Assembly: GCA_964016885.1 (NCBI GenBank)
Contig: OZ024740.1
Span: 317,998,001-318,062,000 of the forward strand
DNA length: 64,000 bases
Direction: 5' to 3'
From: Eledone cirrhosa
Taxonomy: Eukaryota
The notes under the pieces are model-generated. The model was not told the origin of the DNA. It saw only the letters and a list, made by a program, of their open reading frames with translations, and ran no database searches. A program made the position numbers and the translations under genes. Below, one piece after another: positions 44,801 through 59,200 of the stretch (its first letter is position 1; each line of letters opens with the position of its first letter).

Positions 44801-47420
44801 CACAACTTACATTCTATCTGATATTCTAACGACTCTACCAATTCGAAGTCTTTCTACTACAATACTAACAACAAATATTCCAGGAATGTCTCTTCTATTT
44901 CCACAACTTACATTCTATCTGACATTCTAACATCTCTACCGATTCGAAATCTTTCTACTACAATACTCACAACAAATAATCCAGGATTGTCTCGTCTATT
45001 TCCACAACTTACATTCTATCTAACATTCTAACAACTCCACCAATTCGAAATCTTTCTACTACAATACTCACAATAAATCATCCAGGATTGTCTCGTCTAT
45101 TTCCACAACTTACGTTCTATCTGATATTCTAACGACTCTACCAATTCGAAGTCTTTCTACTACAATACTAACAACAAATAATCCAGGATTGTCTCTTCTA
45201 TTTCCACAACTTACATTCTATCTAACATTCTAACAACTCCACCAATTCGAAATCTTTCTACTACAATACTCACAACAAATCATCCAGGATTGTCTCGTCT
45301 ATTTCCACAACTTACATTCTATCTGATATTCTAACGACTCTACCAATTCGAAGTCTTTCTACTACAATACTAACAACAAATAATCCAGGATTGTCTCTTC
45401 TATTTCCACAACTTGCATTCTATCTGACATTCTAATGACTCTACCAATTCGAAGTCTTTCTACTACAATACACACAACAAATAATCCAGGATTGTCTCGT
45501 CTATTTCCACAACTTGCATTCTATCTGACATTCTAACGACTCTACCAATTCGAAGTCTTTCTACTACAATACTCACAACAAATAATCCAGGATTGTCTCG
45601 TCTATTTCCACAAATTACATTCTATCTGACATTCTAACGACTCTACCAATTCGCTGTCTTTCTACTACAATACTCATAACAAATAATCCAGGATTGTCTC
45701 GTCTATTTCCACAACTTACATTCTATCTAACATTCTAACGACTCTACCAATTCGAAGCCTTTTTACTACATTACTCACAACAAATAATCCAGGATTGTCT
45801 CGTCTATTTCCACAAATTACATTCTATCTGACATTCTAACGACTCTACCAATTCGCTGTCTTTCTACTACAATACTCACAACAAATAATCCAGGATTGTC
45901 TCGTCTATTTCCACAACTTACGTTCTATCTGACATTCTAACAACTCTACCAATTCGAAGTCTTTCTACTACAATACTCACAACAAATAATACAGGATTGG
46001 CTCGTCTATTTCCACAACTTACATTCTATCTGATATTCTAACGACTCTACCAATTCGAAGTCTTTCTACTACAATACTAACAACAAATAATCCAGGATTG
46101 TCTCTTCTATTTCCACAACTTACATTCTATCTAACATTCTAACAACTCCACCAATTCGAAATCTTTCTACTACAATACTCACAACAAATCATCCAGGATT
46201 GTCTCGTCTATTTCCACAACTTACATTCTATCTGATATTCTAACGACTCTACCAATTCGAAGTCTTTCTACTACAATACTAACAACAAATAATCCAGGAT
46301 TGGCTCTTCTATTTCCACAAATTGCATTCTATCTGACATTCTAACGACTCTACCAATTCGAAGTCTTTCTACTACAATACGCACAACAAATAATCCAGGA
46401 TTGTCTCGTCTATTTCCACAACTTGCATTCTATCTGACATTCTAACGACTCTACCAATTCGAAGTCTTTCTACTACAATACTCACAACAAATAATCCAGG
46501 ATTGTCTCTTCTATTTCCACAACTTACGTTCTATCTGACATTCTAACAACTCTACCAATTCGAAATCTTTCTACTACAATACTAACAACAAATAATCCAG
46601 GATTGTCTCTTCTATTTCCACAACTTACGTTCTATCTGACATTCTAACAACTCTACCAATTCGAAATCTTTCTACTACAATACTCACAACAAATAATCCA
46701 GGATTGTCTCGTCTATTTCCACAACTTACATTCTATCTGATATTCTAACGACTCTACCAATTCGAAGTCTTTCTACTACAATACTAACAACAAATAATCC
46801 AGGATTGTCTCGTCTATTTCCACAACTTACGTTCTATCTGACATTCTAACAACTCTACCAATTCGAAGTCTTTCTACTACAATACTCACAACAAATAATA
46901 CAGGATTGGCTCGTCTATTTCCACAACTTACATTCTATCTGATATTCTAACGACTCTACCAATTCGAAGTCTTTCTACTACAATACTAACAACAAATAAT
47001 CCAGGATTGTCTCTTCTATTTCCACAACTTACATTCTATCTAACATTCTAACAACTCCACCAATTCGAAATCTTTCTACTACAATACTCACAACAAATCA
47101 TCCAGGATTGTCTCGTCTATTTCCACAACTTACATTCTATCTGATATTCTAACGACTCTACCAATTCGAAGTCTTTCTACTACAATACTAACAACAAATA
47201 ATCCAGGATTGGCTCTTCTATTTCCACAAATTGCATTCTATCTGACATTCTAACGACTCTACCAATTCGAAGTCTTTCTACTACAATACGCACAACAAAT
47301 AATCCAGGATTGTCTCGTCTATTTCCACAACTTGCATTCTATCTGACATTCTAACGACTCTACCAATTCGAAGTCTTTCTACTACAATACTCACAACAAA
47401 TAATCCAGGATTGTCTCTTC
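36200..47420. repeat. Tandem duplication with a 57-monomer (5757 bp) offset; the second copy lacks 3 monomers near 45.9 kb
   Basis: CATCCATGA at 36298/42055 and CTCATAAC at 39920/45677 (5757 = 57x101); downstream offset 5454 = 54x101 (AATACAGG at 40537/45991 and 41446/46900). Confidence 0.9.
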
Positions 47421-50400
47421 TATTTCCACAACTTACGTTCTATCTGACATTCTAACAACTCTACCAATTCGAAATCTTTCTACTACAATACTCACAACAA
47501 ATAATCCAGGATTGTCTCGTCTATTTCCACAACTTACATTCTATCTGATATTCTAACGACTCTACCAATTCGCTGTCTTTCTACTACAATACTCACAACA
47601 AATAATCCAGGATTGTCTCGTCTATTTCCACAACTTACATTCTATCTGATATTCTAACGACTCTACCAATTCGAAGTCTGTCTACTACAATACTCACAAC
47701 AAATAATCCAGGATTGTCTCGTCTATTTCCACAACTTACATTCTATCTGATATTCTAACGACTCTACCAATTCGAAGTCTTTCTACTACAATACTAACAA
47801 CAAATAATCCAGGAATGTCTGTTCTATTTCCACAACTTACATTCTATCTGACATTCTAACATCTCTACCGATTCGAAATCTTTCTACTACAATACTCACA
47901 ACAAATAATCCAGGATTGTCTCGTCTATTTCCACAACTTACATTCTATCTAACATTCTAACAACTCCACCAATTCGAAATCTTTCTACTACAATACTCAC
48001 AATAAATCATCCAGGATTGTCTCGTCTATTTCCACAACTTACGTTCTATCTGATATTCTAACGACTCTACCAATTCGAAGTCTTTCTACTACAATACTAA
48101 CAACAAATAATCCAGGATTGTCTCTTCTATTTCCACAACTTACATTCTATCTAACATTCTAACAACTCCACCAATTCGAAATCTTTCTACTACAATACTC
48201 ACAACAAATCATCCAGGATTGTCTCGTCTATTTCCACAACTTACATTCTATCTGATATTCTAACGACTCTACCAATTCGAAGTCTTTCTACTACAATACT
48301 AACAACAAATAATCCAGGATTGTCTCTTCTATTTCCACAACTTGCATTCTATCTGACATTCTAATGACTCTACCAATTCGAAGTCTTTCTACTACAATAC
48401 ACACAACAAATAATCCAGGATTGTCTCGTCTATTTCCACAACTTGCATTCTATCTGACATTCTAACGACTCTACCAATTCGAAGTCTTTCTACTACAATA
48501 CTCACAACAAATAATCCAGGATTGTCTCGTCTATTTCCACAAATTACATTCTATCTGACATTCTAACGACTCTACCAATTCGCTGTCTTTCTACTACAAT
48601 ACTCACAACAAATAATCCAGGATTGTCTCGTCTATTTCCACAACTTACATTCTATCTGATATTCTAACGACTCTACCAATTCGAAGTCTTTCTACTACAA
48701 TACTAACAACAAATAATCCAGGATTGTCTCGTCTATTTCCACAACTTACGTTCTATCTGACATTCTAACAACTCTACCAATTCGAAGTCTTTCTACTACA
48801 ATACTCACAACAAATAATACAGGATTGGCTCGTCTATTTCCACAACTTACATTCTATCTGATATTCTAACGACTCTACCAATTCGAAGTCTTTCTACTAC
48901 AATACTAACAACAAATAATCCAGGATTGTCTCTTCTATTTCCACAACTTACATTCTATCTAACATTCTAACAACTCCACCAATTCGAAATCTTTCTACTA
49001 CAATACTCACAACAAATCATCCAGGATTGTCTCGTCTATTTCCACAACTTACATTCTATCTGATATTCTAACGACTCTACCAATTCGAAGTCTTTCTACT
49101 ACAATACTAACAACAAATAATCCAGGATTGGCTCTTCTATTTCCACAAATTGCATTCTATCTGACATTCTAACGACTCTACCAATTCGAAGTCTTTCTAC
49201 TACAATACGCACAACAAATAATCCAGGTTTGTCTCGTCTATTTCCACAACTTACATTCTATCTAACATTCTAACGACTCTACCAATTCGAAGCCTTTTTA
49301 CTACATTACTCACAACAAATAATCCAGGATTGCCCCGTCTATTTCCACAACTTACATTCTACCTGACATTCTAACGACTCTACCAATTCGCTGTCTTTCT
49401 ACTACAATACTCACAACAAATAATCCAGGATTGTCTCGTCTATTTCCACAACTTACATTCTATCTAACATTCTAACAACTCCACCAATTCGAAATCTTTC
49501 TACTACAACACTCACAACAAATCATCCAGGATTGTCTCGTCTATTTCCACAACTTACATTCTATCTGATATTCTAACGACTCTACCAATTCGAAGTCTTT
49601 CTACTACAATACTAACAACAAATAATCCAGGATTGTCTCTTCTATTTCCACAACTTACATTCTATCTAACATTCTAATAACTCCACCAATTCGAAATCTT
49701 TCTACTACAATACTCACAACAAATCATCCATGATTGTCTCGTCTATTTCCACAACTTCCATTCTATCTGATATTCTAACGACTCTACCAATTCGAAGTCT
49801 TTCTACTACAATACTAACAACAAATAATCCAGGATTGTCTCTTCTATTTCCACAACTTGCATTCTATCTGACATTCTAATGACTCTACCAATTCGAAGTC
49901 TTTCTACTACAATACTCACAACAAATAATCCAGGATTGTCTCGTCTATTTCCACAACTTGCATTCTATCTGACATTCTAACGACTCTACCAATTCGAAGT
50001 CTTTCTACTACAATACTCACAACAAATAATCCAGGATTGTCTCGTCTATTTCCACAAATTACATTCTATCTGACATTCTAACGACTCTACCAATTCGCTG
50101 TCTTTCTACTACAATACTCACAACAAATAATCCAGGATTGTCTCGTCTATTTCCACAACTTACATTCTATCTGATATTCTAACGACTCTACCAATTCGAA
50201 GTCTTTCTACTACAATACTCACAACAAATAATCCAGGATTGTCTCGTCTATTTCCACAACTTACATTCTATCTGATATTCTAACGACTCTACCAATTCGA
50301 AGTCTTTCTACTACAATACTAACAACAAATAATCCAGGATTGTCTCTTCTATTTCCACAACTTACGTTCTATCTGACATTCTAACAACTCTACCAATTCG

Positions 50401-53269
50401 AAATCTTTCTACTACAATACTCACAACAAATAATCCAGGATTGTCTCGTCTATTTCCACAACTTACATTCTATCTGATATTCTAACGACTCTACCAATTC
50501 GAAGTCTTTCTACTACAATACTAACAACAAATAATCCAGGATTGTCTCGTCTATTTCCACAACTTACGTTCTATCTGACATTCTAACAACTCTACCAATT
50601 CGAAGTCTTTCTACTACAATACTCACAACAAATAATACAGGATTGGCTCGTCTATTTCCACAACTTACATTCTATCTGATATTCTAACGACTCTACCAAT
50701 TCGAAGTCTTTCTACTACAATACTAACAACAAATAATCCAGGATTGTCTCTTCTATTTCCACAACTTACATTCTATCTAACATTCTAACAACTCCACCAA
50801 TTCGAAATCTTTATACTACAATACTCACAACAAATCATCCAGGATTGTCTCGTCTATTTCCACAACTTACATTCTATCTGATATTCTAACGACTCTACCA
50901 ATTCGAAGTCTTTCTACTACAATACTAACAACAAATAATCCAGGATTGGCTCTTCTATTTCCACAAATTGCATTCTATCTGACATTCTAACGACTCTACC
51001 AATTCGAAGTCTTTCTACTACAATACGCACAACAAATAATCCAGGATTGTCTCGTCTATTTCCACAACTTGCATTCTATCTGACATTCTAACGACTCTAC
51101 CAATTCGAAGTCTTTCTACTACAATACTCACAACAAATAATCCAGGATTGTCTCTTCTATTTCCACAACTTACGTTCTATCTGACATTCTAACAACTCTA
51201 CCAATTCGAAATCTTTCTACTACAATACTCACAACAAATAATCCAGGATTGTCTCGTCTATTTCCACAACTTACATTCTATCTGATATTCTAACGACTCT
51301 ACCAATTCGAAGTCTTTCTACTACAATACTAACAACAAATAATCCAGGATTGTCTCTTCTATTTCCACAACTTGCATTCTATCTGACATTCTAATGACTC
51401 TACCAATTCGAAGTCTTTCTACTACAATACTCACAACAAATAATCCAGGATTGTCTCGTCTATTTCCACAACTTGCATTCTATCTGACATTCTAACGACT
51501 CTACCAATTCGAAGTCTTTCTACTACAATACTCACAACAAATAATCCAGGATTGTCTCGTCTATTTCCACAAATTACATTCTATCTGACATTCTAACGAC
51601 TCTACCAATTCGCTGTCTTTCTACTACAATACTCACAACAAATAATCCAGGATTGTCTCGTCTATTTCCACAACTTACATTCTATCTGATATTCTAACGA
51701 CTCTACCAATTCGAAGTCTTTCTACTACAATACTCACAACAAATAATCCAGGATTGTCTCGTCTATTTCCACAACTTACATTCTATCTGATATTCTAACG
51801 ACTCTACCAATTCGAAGTCTTTCTACTACAATACTAACAACAAATAATCCAGGATTGTCTCGTCTATTTCCACAACTTACATTCTATCTGATATTCTAAC
51901 GACTCTACCAATTCGAAGTCTTTCTACTACAATACTAACAACAAATAATCCAGGATTGTCTCTTCTATTTCCACAACTTGCATTCTATCTGACATTCTAA
52001 TGACTCTACCAATTCGAAGTCTTTCTACTACAATACACACAACAAATAATCCAGGATTGTCTCGTCTATTTCCACAACTTGCATTCTATCTGACATTCTA
52101 ACGACTCTACCAATTCGAAGTCTTTCTACTACAATACTCACAACAAATAATCCAGGATTGTCTCGTCTATTTCCACAAATTACATTCTATCTGACATTCT
52201 AACGACTCTACCAATTCGCTGTCTTTCTACTACAATACTCACAACAAATAATCCAGGATTGTCTCGTCTATTTCCACAACTTACATTCTATCTAACATTC
52301 TAACGACTCTACCAATTCGAAGCCTTTTTACTACATTACTCACAACAAATAATTCAGGATTGTCTCGTCTATTTCCACAAATTACATTCTATCTGACATT
52401 CTAACGACTCTACCAATTCGCTGTCTTTCTACTACAATACTCACAACAAATAATCCAGGATTGTCTCGTCTATTTCCACAACTTACATTCTATCTGATAT
52501 TCTAACGACTCTACCAATTCGAAGTCTTTCTACTACAATACTCACAACAAATAATCCAGGATTGTCTCGTCTATTTCCACAACTTACATTCTATCTGATA
52601 TTCTAACGACTCTACCAATTCGAAGTCTTTCTACTACAATACTAACAACAAATAATCCAGGATTGTCTCTTCTATTTCCACAACTTACGTTCTATCTGAC
52701 ATTCTAACAACTCTACCAATTCGAAATCTTTCTACTACAATACTCACAACAAATAATCCAGGATTGTCTCGTCTATTTCCACAACTTACATTCTATCTGA
52801 TATTCTAACGACTCTACCAATTCGAAGTCTTTCTACTACAATACTAACAACAAATAATCCAGGATTGTCTCGTCTATTTCCACAACTTACGTTCTATCTG
52901 ACATTCTAACAACTCTACCAATTCGAAGTCTTTCTACTACAATACTCACAACAAATAATACAGGATTGGCTCGTCTATTTCCACAACTTACATTCTATCT
53001 GATATTCTAACGACTCTACCAATTCGAAGTCTTTCTACTACAATACTAACAACAAATAATCCAGGATTGGCTCTTCTATTTCCACAAATTGCATTCTATC
53101 TGACATTCTAACGACTCTACCAATTCGAGATCTTTCTACTACAATACGCACAACAAATAATCCAGGATTGTCTCGTCTATTTCCACAACTTGCATTCTAT
53201 CTGACATTCTAACGACTCTACCAATTCGAAGTCTTTCTACTACAATACTCACAACAAATAATCCAGGAT

Positions 53270-56200
53270 TGTCTCGTCTATTTCCACAACATACATTCTA
53301 TCTGACATTCTAACGACTCTACCAATTCGCTGTCTTTCTACTACAATACTCAACAAATAATCCAGGACTGTCTCGTCTATTTCCACAACTTACGTTCTAT
53401 CTGACATTCTAAAGACTCTAACAATTCGAAGTCTTTCTACTACAATACTCAGAACAAATAATCCAGGTTTGTCTCGTCTATTTCCACAACTTACATTCTA
53501 TCTAACATTCTAACGACTCTACCAATTCGAAGCCTTTTTACTACATTACTCACAACAAATAATCCAGGATTGCCCCGTCTATTTCCACAACTTACATTCT
53601 ACCTGACATTCTAACGACTCTACCAATTCGCTGTCTTTCTACTACAATACTCACAACAAATAATCCAGGATTGTCTCGTCTATTTCCACAACTTACATTC
53701 TATCTAACATTCTAACAACTCCACCAATTCGAAATCTTTCTACTACAACACTCACAACAAATCATCCAGGATTGTCTCGTCTATTTCCACAACTTACATT
53801 CTATCTGATATTCTAACGACTCTACCAATTCGAAGTCTTTCTACTACAATACTAACAACAAATAATCCAGGATTGTCTCTTCTATTTCCACAACTTACAT
53901 TCTATCTAACATTCTAACAACTCCACCAATTCGAAATCTTTCTACTACAATACTCACAACAAATCATCCATGATTGTCTCGTCTATTTCCACAACTTCCA
54001 TTCTATCTGATATTCTAACGACTCTACCAATTCGAAGTCTTTCTACTACAATACTAACAACAAATAATCCAGGATTGTCTCTTCTATTTCCACAACTTGC
54101 ATTCTATCTGACATTCTAATGACTCTACCAATTCGAAGTCTTTCTACTACAATACTCACAACAAATAATCCAGGATTGTCTCGTCTATTTCCACAACTTG
54201 CATTCTATCTGACATTCTAACGACTCTACCAATTCGAAGTCTTTCTACTACAATACTCACAACAAATAATCCAGGATTGTCTCGTCTATTTCCACAAATT
54301 ACATTCTATCTGACATTCTAACGACTCTACCAATTCGCTGTCTTTCTACTACAATACTCACAACAAATAATCCAGGATTGTCTCGTCTATTTCCACAACT
54401 TACATTCTATCTGATATTCTAACGACTCTACCAATTCGAAGTCTTTCTACTACAATACTCACAACAAATAATCCAGGATTGTCTCGTCTATTTCCACAAC
54501 TTACATTCTATCTGATATTCTAACGACTCTACCAATTCGAAGTCTTTCTACTACAATACTAACAACAAATAATCCAGGATTGTCTCTTCTATTTCCACAA
54601 CTTACGTTCTATCTGACATTCTAACAACTCTACCAATTCGAAATCTTTCTACTACAATACTCACAACAAATAATCCAGGATTGTCTCGTCTATTTCCACA
54701 ACTTACATTCTATCTGATATTCTAACGACTCTACCAATTCGAAGTCTTTCTACTACAATACTAACAACAAATAATCCAGGATTGTCTCGTCTATTTCCAC
54801 AACTTACGTTCTATCTGACATTCTAACAACTCTACCAATTCGAAGTCTTTCTACTACAATACTCACAACAAATAATACAGGATTGGCTCGTCTATTTCCA
54901 CAACTTACATTCTATCTGATATTCTAACGACTCTACCAATTCGAAGTCTTTCTACTACAATACTAACAACAAATAATCCAGGATTGTCTCTTCTATTTCC
55001 ACAACTTACATTCTATCTAACATTCTAACAACTCCACCAATTCGAAATCTTTCTACTACAATACTCACAACAAATCATCCAGGATTGTCTCGTCTATTTC
55101 CACAACTTACATTCTATCTGATATTCTAACGACTCTACCAATTCGAAGTCTTTCTACTACAATACTAACAACAAATAATCCAGGATTGGCTCTTCTATTT
55201 CCACAAATTGCATTCTATCTGACATTCTAACGACTCTACCAATTCGAAGTCTTTCTACTACAATACGCACAACAAATAATCCAGGATTGTCTCGTCTATT
55301 TCCACAACTTGCATTCTATCTGACATTCTAACGACTCTACCAATTCGAAGTCTTTCTACTACAATACTCACAACAAATAATCCAGGATTGTCTCTTCTAT
55401 TTCCACAACTTACGTTCTATCTGACATTCTAACAACTCTACCAATTCGAAATCTTTCTACTACAATACTCACAACAAATAATCCAGGATTGTCTCGTCTA
55501 TTTCCACAACTTACATTCTATCTGATATTCTAACGACTCTACCAATTCGCTGTCTTTCTACTACAATACTCACAACAAATAATCCAGGATTGTCTCGTCT
55601 ATTTCCACAACTTACATTCTATCTGATATTCTAACGACTCTACCAATTCGAAGTCTGTCTACTACAATACTCACAACAAATAATCCAGGATTGTCTCGTC
55701 TATTTCCACAACTTACATTCTATCTGATATTCTAACGACTCTACCAATTCGAAGTCTTTCTACTACAATACTAACAACAAATAATCCAGGAATGTCTCTT
55801 CTATTTCCACAACTTACATTCTATCTGACATTCTAACATCTCTACCGATTCGAAATCTTTCTACTACAATACTCACAACAAATAATCCAGGATTGTCTCG
55901 TCTATTTCCACAACTTACATTCTATCTAACATTCTAACAACTCCACCAATGCGAAATCTTTCTACTACAATACTCACAATAAATCATCCAGGATTGTCTC
56001 GTCTATTTCCACAACTTACGTTCTATCTGATATTCTAACGACTCTACCAATTCGAAGTCTTTCTACTACAATACTAACAACAAATAATCCAGGATTGTCT
56101 CTTCTATTTCCACAACTTACATTCTATCTAACATTCTAACAACTCCACCAATTCGAAATCTTTCTACTACAATACTCACAACAAATCATCCAGGATTGTC

Positions 56201-59200
56201 TCGTCTATTTCCACAACTTACATTCTATCTGATATTCTAACGACTCTACCAATTCGAAGTCTTTCTACTACAATACTAACAACAAATAATCCAGGATTGT
56301 CTCTTCTATTTCCACAACTTGCATTCTATCTGACATTCTAATGACTCTACCAATTCGAAGTCTTTCTACTACAATACACACAACAAATAATCCAGGATTG
56401 TCTCGTCTATTTCCACAACTTGCATTCTATCTGACATTCTAACGACTCTACCAATTCGAAGTCTTTCTACTACAATACTCACAACAAATAATCCAGGATT
56501 GTCTCGTCTATTTCCACAAATTACATTCTATCTGACATTCTAACGACTCTACCAATTCGCTGTCTTTCTACTACAATACTCACAACAAATAATCCAGGAT
56601 TGTCTCGTCTATTTCCACAACTTACATTCTATCTAACATTCTAACGACTCTACCAATTCGAAGCCTTTTTACTACATTACTCACAACAAATAATCCAGGA
56701 TTGTCTCGTCTATTTCCACAAATTACATTCTATCTGACATTCTAACGACTCTACCAATTCGCTGTCTTTCTACTACAATACTCACAACAAATAATCCAGG
56801 ATTGTCTCGTCTATTTCCACAACTTACATTCTATCTGATATTCTAACGACTCTACCAATTCGAAGTCTTTCTACTACAATACTCACAACAAATAATCCAG
56901 GATTGTCTCGTCTATTTCCACAACTTACATTCTATCTGATATTCTAACGACTCTACCAATTCGAAGTCTTTCTACTACAATACTAACAACAAATAATCCA
57001 GGATTGTCTCTTCTATTTCCACAACTTACGTTCTATCTGACATTCTAACAACTCTACCAATTCGAAATCTTTCTACTACAATACTCACAACAAATAATCC
57101 AGGATTGTCTCGTCTATTTCCACAACTTACATTCTATCTGATATTCTAACGACTCTACCAATTCGAAGTCTTTCTACTACAATACTAACAACAAATAATC
57201 CAGGATTGTCTCGTCTATTTCCACAACTTACGTTCTATCTGACATTCTAACAACTCTACCAATTCGAAGTCTTTCTACTACAATACTCACAACAAATAAT
57301 ACAGGATTGGCTCGTCTATTTCCACAACTTACATTATATCTGATATTCTAACGACTCTACCAATTCGAAGTCTTTCTACTACAATACTAACAACAAATAA
57401 TCCAGGATTGTCTCTTCTATTTCCACAACTTACATTCTATCTAACATTCTAACAACTCCACCAATTCGAAATCTTTCTACTACAATACTCACAACAAATC
57501 ATCCAGGATTGTCTCGTCTATTTCCACAACTTACATTCTATCTGATATTCTAACGACTCTACCAATTCGAAGTCTTTCTACTACAATACTAACAACAAAT
57601 AATCCAGGATTGGCTCTTCTATTTCCACAAATTGCATTCTATCTGACATTCTAACGACTCTACCAATTCGAAGTCTTTCTACTACAATACGCACAACAAA
57701 TAATCCAGGATTGTCTCGTCTATTTCCACAATTTGCATTCTATCTGACATTCTAACGACTCTACCAATTCGAAGTCTTTCTACTACAATACTCACAACAA
57801 ATAATCCAGGATTGTCTCGTCTATTTACACAACATACATTCTATCTGACATTCTAACGACTCTACCAATTCGCTGTCTTTCTACTACAATACTCAACAAA
57901 TAATCCAGGACTGTCTCGTCTATTTCCACAACTTACGTTCTATCTGACATTCTAAAGACTCTAACAATTCGAAGTCTTTCTACTACAATACTCAGAACAA
58001 ATAATCCAGGTTTGTCTCGTCTATTTCCACAACTTACATTCTATCTAACATTCTAACGACTCTACCAATTCGAAGCCTTTTTACTACATTACTCACAACA
58101 AATAATCCAGGATTGCCCCGTCTATTTCCACAACTTACATTCTACCTGACATTCTAACGACTCTACCAATTCGCTGTCTTTCTACTACAATACTCACAAC
58201 AAATAATCCAGGATTGTCTCGTCTATTTCCACAACTTACATTCTATCTAACATTCTAACAACTCCACCAATTCGAAATCTTTCTACTACAACACTCACAA
58301 CAAATCATCCAGGATTGTCTCGTCTATTTCCACAACTTACATTCTATCTGATATTCTAACGACTCTACCAATTCGAAGTCTTTCTACTACAATACTAACA
58401 ACAAATAATCCAGGATTGTCTCTTCTATTTCCACAACTTACATTCTATCTAACATTCTAACAACTCCACCAATTCGAAATCTTTCTACTACAATACTCAC
58501 AACAAATCATCCATGATTGTCTCGTCTATTTCCACAACTTCCATTCTATCTGATATTCTAACGACTCTACCAATTCGAAGTCTTTCTACTACAATACTAA
58601 CAACAAATAATCCAGGATTGTCTCTTCTATTTCCACAACTTGCATTCTATCTGACATTCTAATGACTCTACCAATTCGAAGTCTTTCTACTACAATACTC
58701 ACAACAAATAATCCAGGATTGTCTCGTCTATTTCCACAACTTGCATTCTATCTGACATTCTAACGACTCTACCAATTCGAAGTCTTTCTACTACAATACT
58801 CACAACAAATAATCCAGGATTGTCTCGTCTATTTCCACAAATTACATTCTATCTGACATTCTAACGACTCTACCAATTCGCTGTCTTTCTACTACAATAC
58901 TCACAACAAATAATCCAGGATTGTCTCGTCTATTTCCACAACTTACATTCTATCTGATATTCTAACGACTCTACCAATTCGAAGTCTTTCTACTACAATA
59001 CTCACAACAAATAATCCAGGATTGTCTCGTCTATTTCCACAACTTACATTCTATCTGATATTCTAACGACTCTACCAATTCGAAGTCTTTCTACTACAAT
59101 ACTAACAACAAATAATCCAGGATTGTCTCTTCTATTTCCACAACTTACGTTCTATCTGACATTCTAACAACTCTACCAATTCGAAATCTTTCTACTACAA

